DNA of 64,000 nt from an uncultured Bacteroidales bacterium (GTDB lineage Bacteria; Bacteroidota; Bacteroidia; Bacteroidales; UBA10428): positions 365,841-429,840 of the forward strand of contig CAWGCR010000002.1 of assembly GCA_963821135.1 (NCBI GenBank). The letters are read 5' to 3'. The position numbers and the translations under genes were made by a program. The notes under the pieces are model-generated. The model was not told the origin of the DNA, made no database searches, and worked only from the letters and a program-made list of their open reading frames with translations. Positions within the stretch are counted from its first letter, which is position 1. Every line of letters begins with the position of its first letter. Positions 62,305 to 64,000 of this stretch are shown here, piece by piece.

Positions 62305-63749
62305 ATGCAGCACAACAAGGAGAAGACAGGAACCAAATGTTCATGTTCAGCCTGGAAAGTGCCATTCCCCGATTCCTTTGTTCGTGTAGTAGATGCCTTT
62401 GTTGATTCGATAGATCTGAAGAGTTTGGATTTGCCCACGTTGAATGTGAGGAGGAAGGACGACCAGCCTACCTCCCTCGATTTTGCTTAAATTGTATTTA
62501 TATGGTTATCGTCATGGCATCCGAACCACGCGCAAACTCGAACGTGAGGCACAAACCAATATTGAAGCCATGTGGCTACTATCAGGTTTGAGACCCAAAT
62601 ACAAGACCATAGCTGACTTTCGTAAGAACCATTCAAAAGCCTTCCGAGAGGTATTTCGCCGATTCGTATGCCTATTGAAGGAATGGAACCTGATTGAAGG
62701 AGAAACCGTCGCAATAGATTCTTTTAAAATCCGTGGAAGTAATTCCCTGAAAAACAACTTTAATGAGCGCAAACTTAAACATCACCTGGCTTATATTGAT
62801 AAACAAATCGAAGAATATGAAGCCTGTTAGATGGCAATGATAAGGAAGAAGAGAAAAAAGAGCTCACGAAAAAAATTGAAGAGCGTAAAGCAAAACGGGC
62901 CAAATATGAGCAGGTAAAAAAGCTGGAAGAAAGTGACCAGGAACAGATATCACTGACCGATCCTGATTCGCGTTCTGTCATATTACACAAGAACATAATC
63001 AATGTGGGGTATAATATCCAGGCATCCTCTGATGCAAAACATAAGCTGCTGGTAGAATATGACACGGGTGATGTGAATGACACTCATGCCCTAGCTCCAA
63101 TAGCCCTGCAAACAAAAAAGATACTTGGAGTAGAAAGCATGAAGGTGCTGGCCGACAAAGGTTACCATACCGGAGTGCAGCTAAAAGAATGCGACGATAA
63201 TGGGATAAAGACTTATGTTTCTCCCAGAGATCCTTCCCCTCAGGCAGAAGGATTATATCCTTATACTATGTTCCATTACAACAAAGAGACAGACTGTATA
63301 TCCGTCCAGCCGGAAGTACCCTAACAACTCATGGCAATGGATAAGCATAGCGAAAGCAGGAAAGGTCGTAAATCCAGGGTGTATTACTTTAAGCGATATA
63401 GTACCCCGGACTGCAAAACATGCAAACAAAGAAATAAATGCACCAATAGTAAGCACAAGATAAGGAATATAGACCGAAGTGAGTATGCAGAAATAATTGA
63501 GGCAAATAACAGGCGGGTAACTCAAATTCTCGATTATTACCGCAACGCCAGCAGGTAACAGAACATATGTTCGGTACGCTGAAACGACAAAGAGGTTTTA
63601 CCCATACCCTGGTTAGAAAAAAGGATAATGTACTTGGAGAGGTTGGCCTCATGTTTATTGGGTATAACTTAAGTAGGTGTATTTCAATACTGGGAGCAGA
63701 AAGACTGATTAAAACGCTGAAAGAGCGTTGTTACAAAATTTATCTTTAA
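62305..63749 (+). mobile_element. Second IS5/IS1182-like transposase remnant (different lineage), at least 4 frame breaks
   Basis: 62483-62830 has a DUF772-like N-terminus (LKLYLYGYRHGIRTTRKLEREAQTNIEAMWLLSGLRPKYKTIADFRKNH). 63004-63324 has the DDE region (NVGYNIQASSD…LADKGYHTG). 63331-63749 has C-terminal fragments (…GYNLSRCISILG). Confidence 0.55.
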
Positions 63750-64000
63750 ATGAAATGGCTAATATTAAGCCTTTTTAAGCAGAAAAAAGATATGCCTCTA
63801 AAAATCAGATTTGAGACACAGAGAAATAAATATGGCCTATAACAAGTGTTAAAACAAGTTATTGCATATATTTATTCTGCTAAAACGGATTTTTGCATAG
63901 ACTCACGTTGTGGCTAATCTGAGAACATCGTACTAAACAAACAACTCCAGAAACTGTTAATTATTTGAGATTGAATAATATCACTTTGAATGTTACTATA

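Noticed and set aside
1-64000. Search for CRISPR arrays, tRNA/rRNA genes and integrase/phage genes
   Set aside because: I saw no short regularly spaced direct repeats, no tRNA-like conserved T-loop/acceptor pattern, no rRNA and no integrase, recombinase or phage structural genes. The mobile DNA is limited to the two IS remnants.

Overview
This 64-kb window is AT-rich and looks Bacteroidetes-like. It reads as a chromosomal stress-response neighbourhood that runs into an accessory region.

The first ~28 kb carry mostly intact housekeeping and stress genes:
- HdeD-like membrane protein, DJ-1/PfpI, short-chain dehydrogenases (SDRs), a tandem UspA, and a rhodanese.
- A pyruvate dehydrogenase pair: E1 is intact, but E2 is split by two frameshifts.
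- A type II NADH dehydrogenase (NDH-2) followed by an aconitase-family gene.
- Two MscS channels.
- A six-gene minus-strand cluster of coiled-coil/LapA-like proteins, a GH127-like hydrolase, a GT2 glycosyltransferase and a flippase-like protein.
- An Mla/Mce-type ABC operon: MlaD, an auxiliary lipoprotein, a STAS–MlaE fusion and MlaF.
- An 812-aa SLC12-like cation-chloride transporter and an FNR-like reductase.

From ~28.7 to ~56 kb the density of frameshifts and internal stops rises sharply. This stretch holds:
- A ~10-kb heavy-metal resistance island: DUF302, a His-rich CopB-like P-type ATPase, two CxxC/CCQY HMA-like paralogs, a CusB–CusC–CusA-type RND system and a Cys-rich small protein. 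Almost all the large genes are fragmented.
- A broken trehalose-catabolism operon: PfkB kinase, a beta-phosphoglucomutase/trehalose-6-P-phosphatase fusion and a GH65 phosphorylase.
- A family-1 encapsulin shell gene, frameshifted, with an intact encapsulated-ferritin cargo gene.
- A Mn/Fe superoxide dismutase, a CsbD-like protein and a multi-BON OsmY-like protein.
- A sigma-54 NtrC-type regulator, a broken bifunctional OtsA–OtsB and a hybrid histidine kinase.

The window ends with a Crp/Fnr regulator, an SRPBCC protein and two degraded IS5/IS1182-family transposase remnants.

I found no rRNA, tRNA or CRISPR. The most notable non-coding signal is a conserved bipartite motif, TGTGGAATAA-N9-12-TGTGGAAWAWTTCCCCA, upstream of both the mla operon and otsAB. 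The overall picture is a stress/metal/osmoprotection neighbourhood undergoing localized decay. I did not find a clearly undescribed system.
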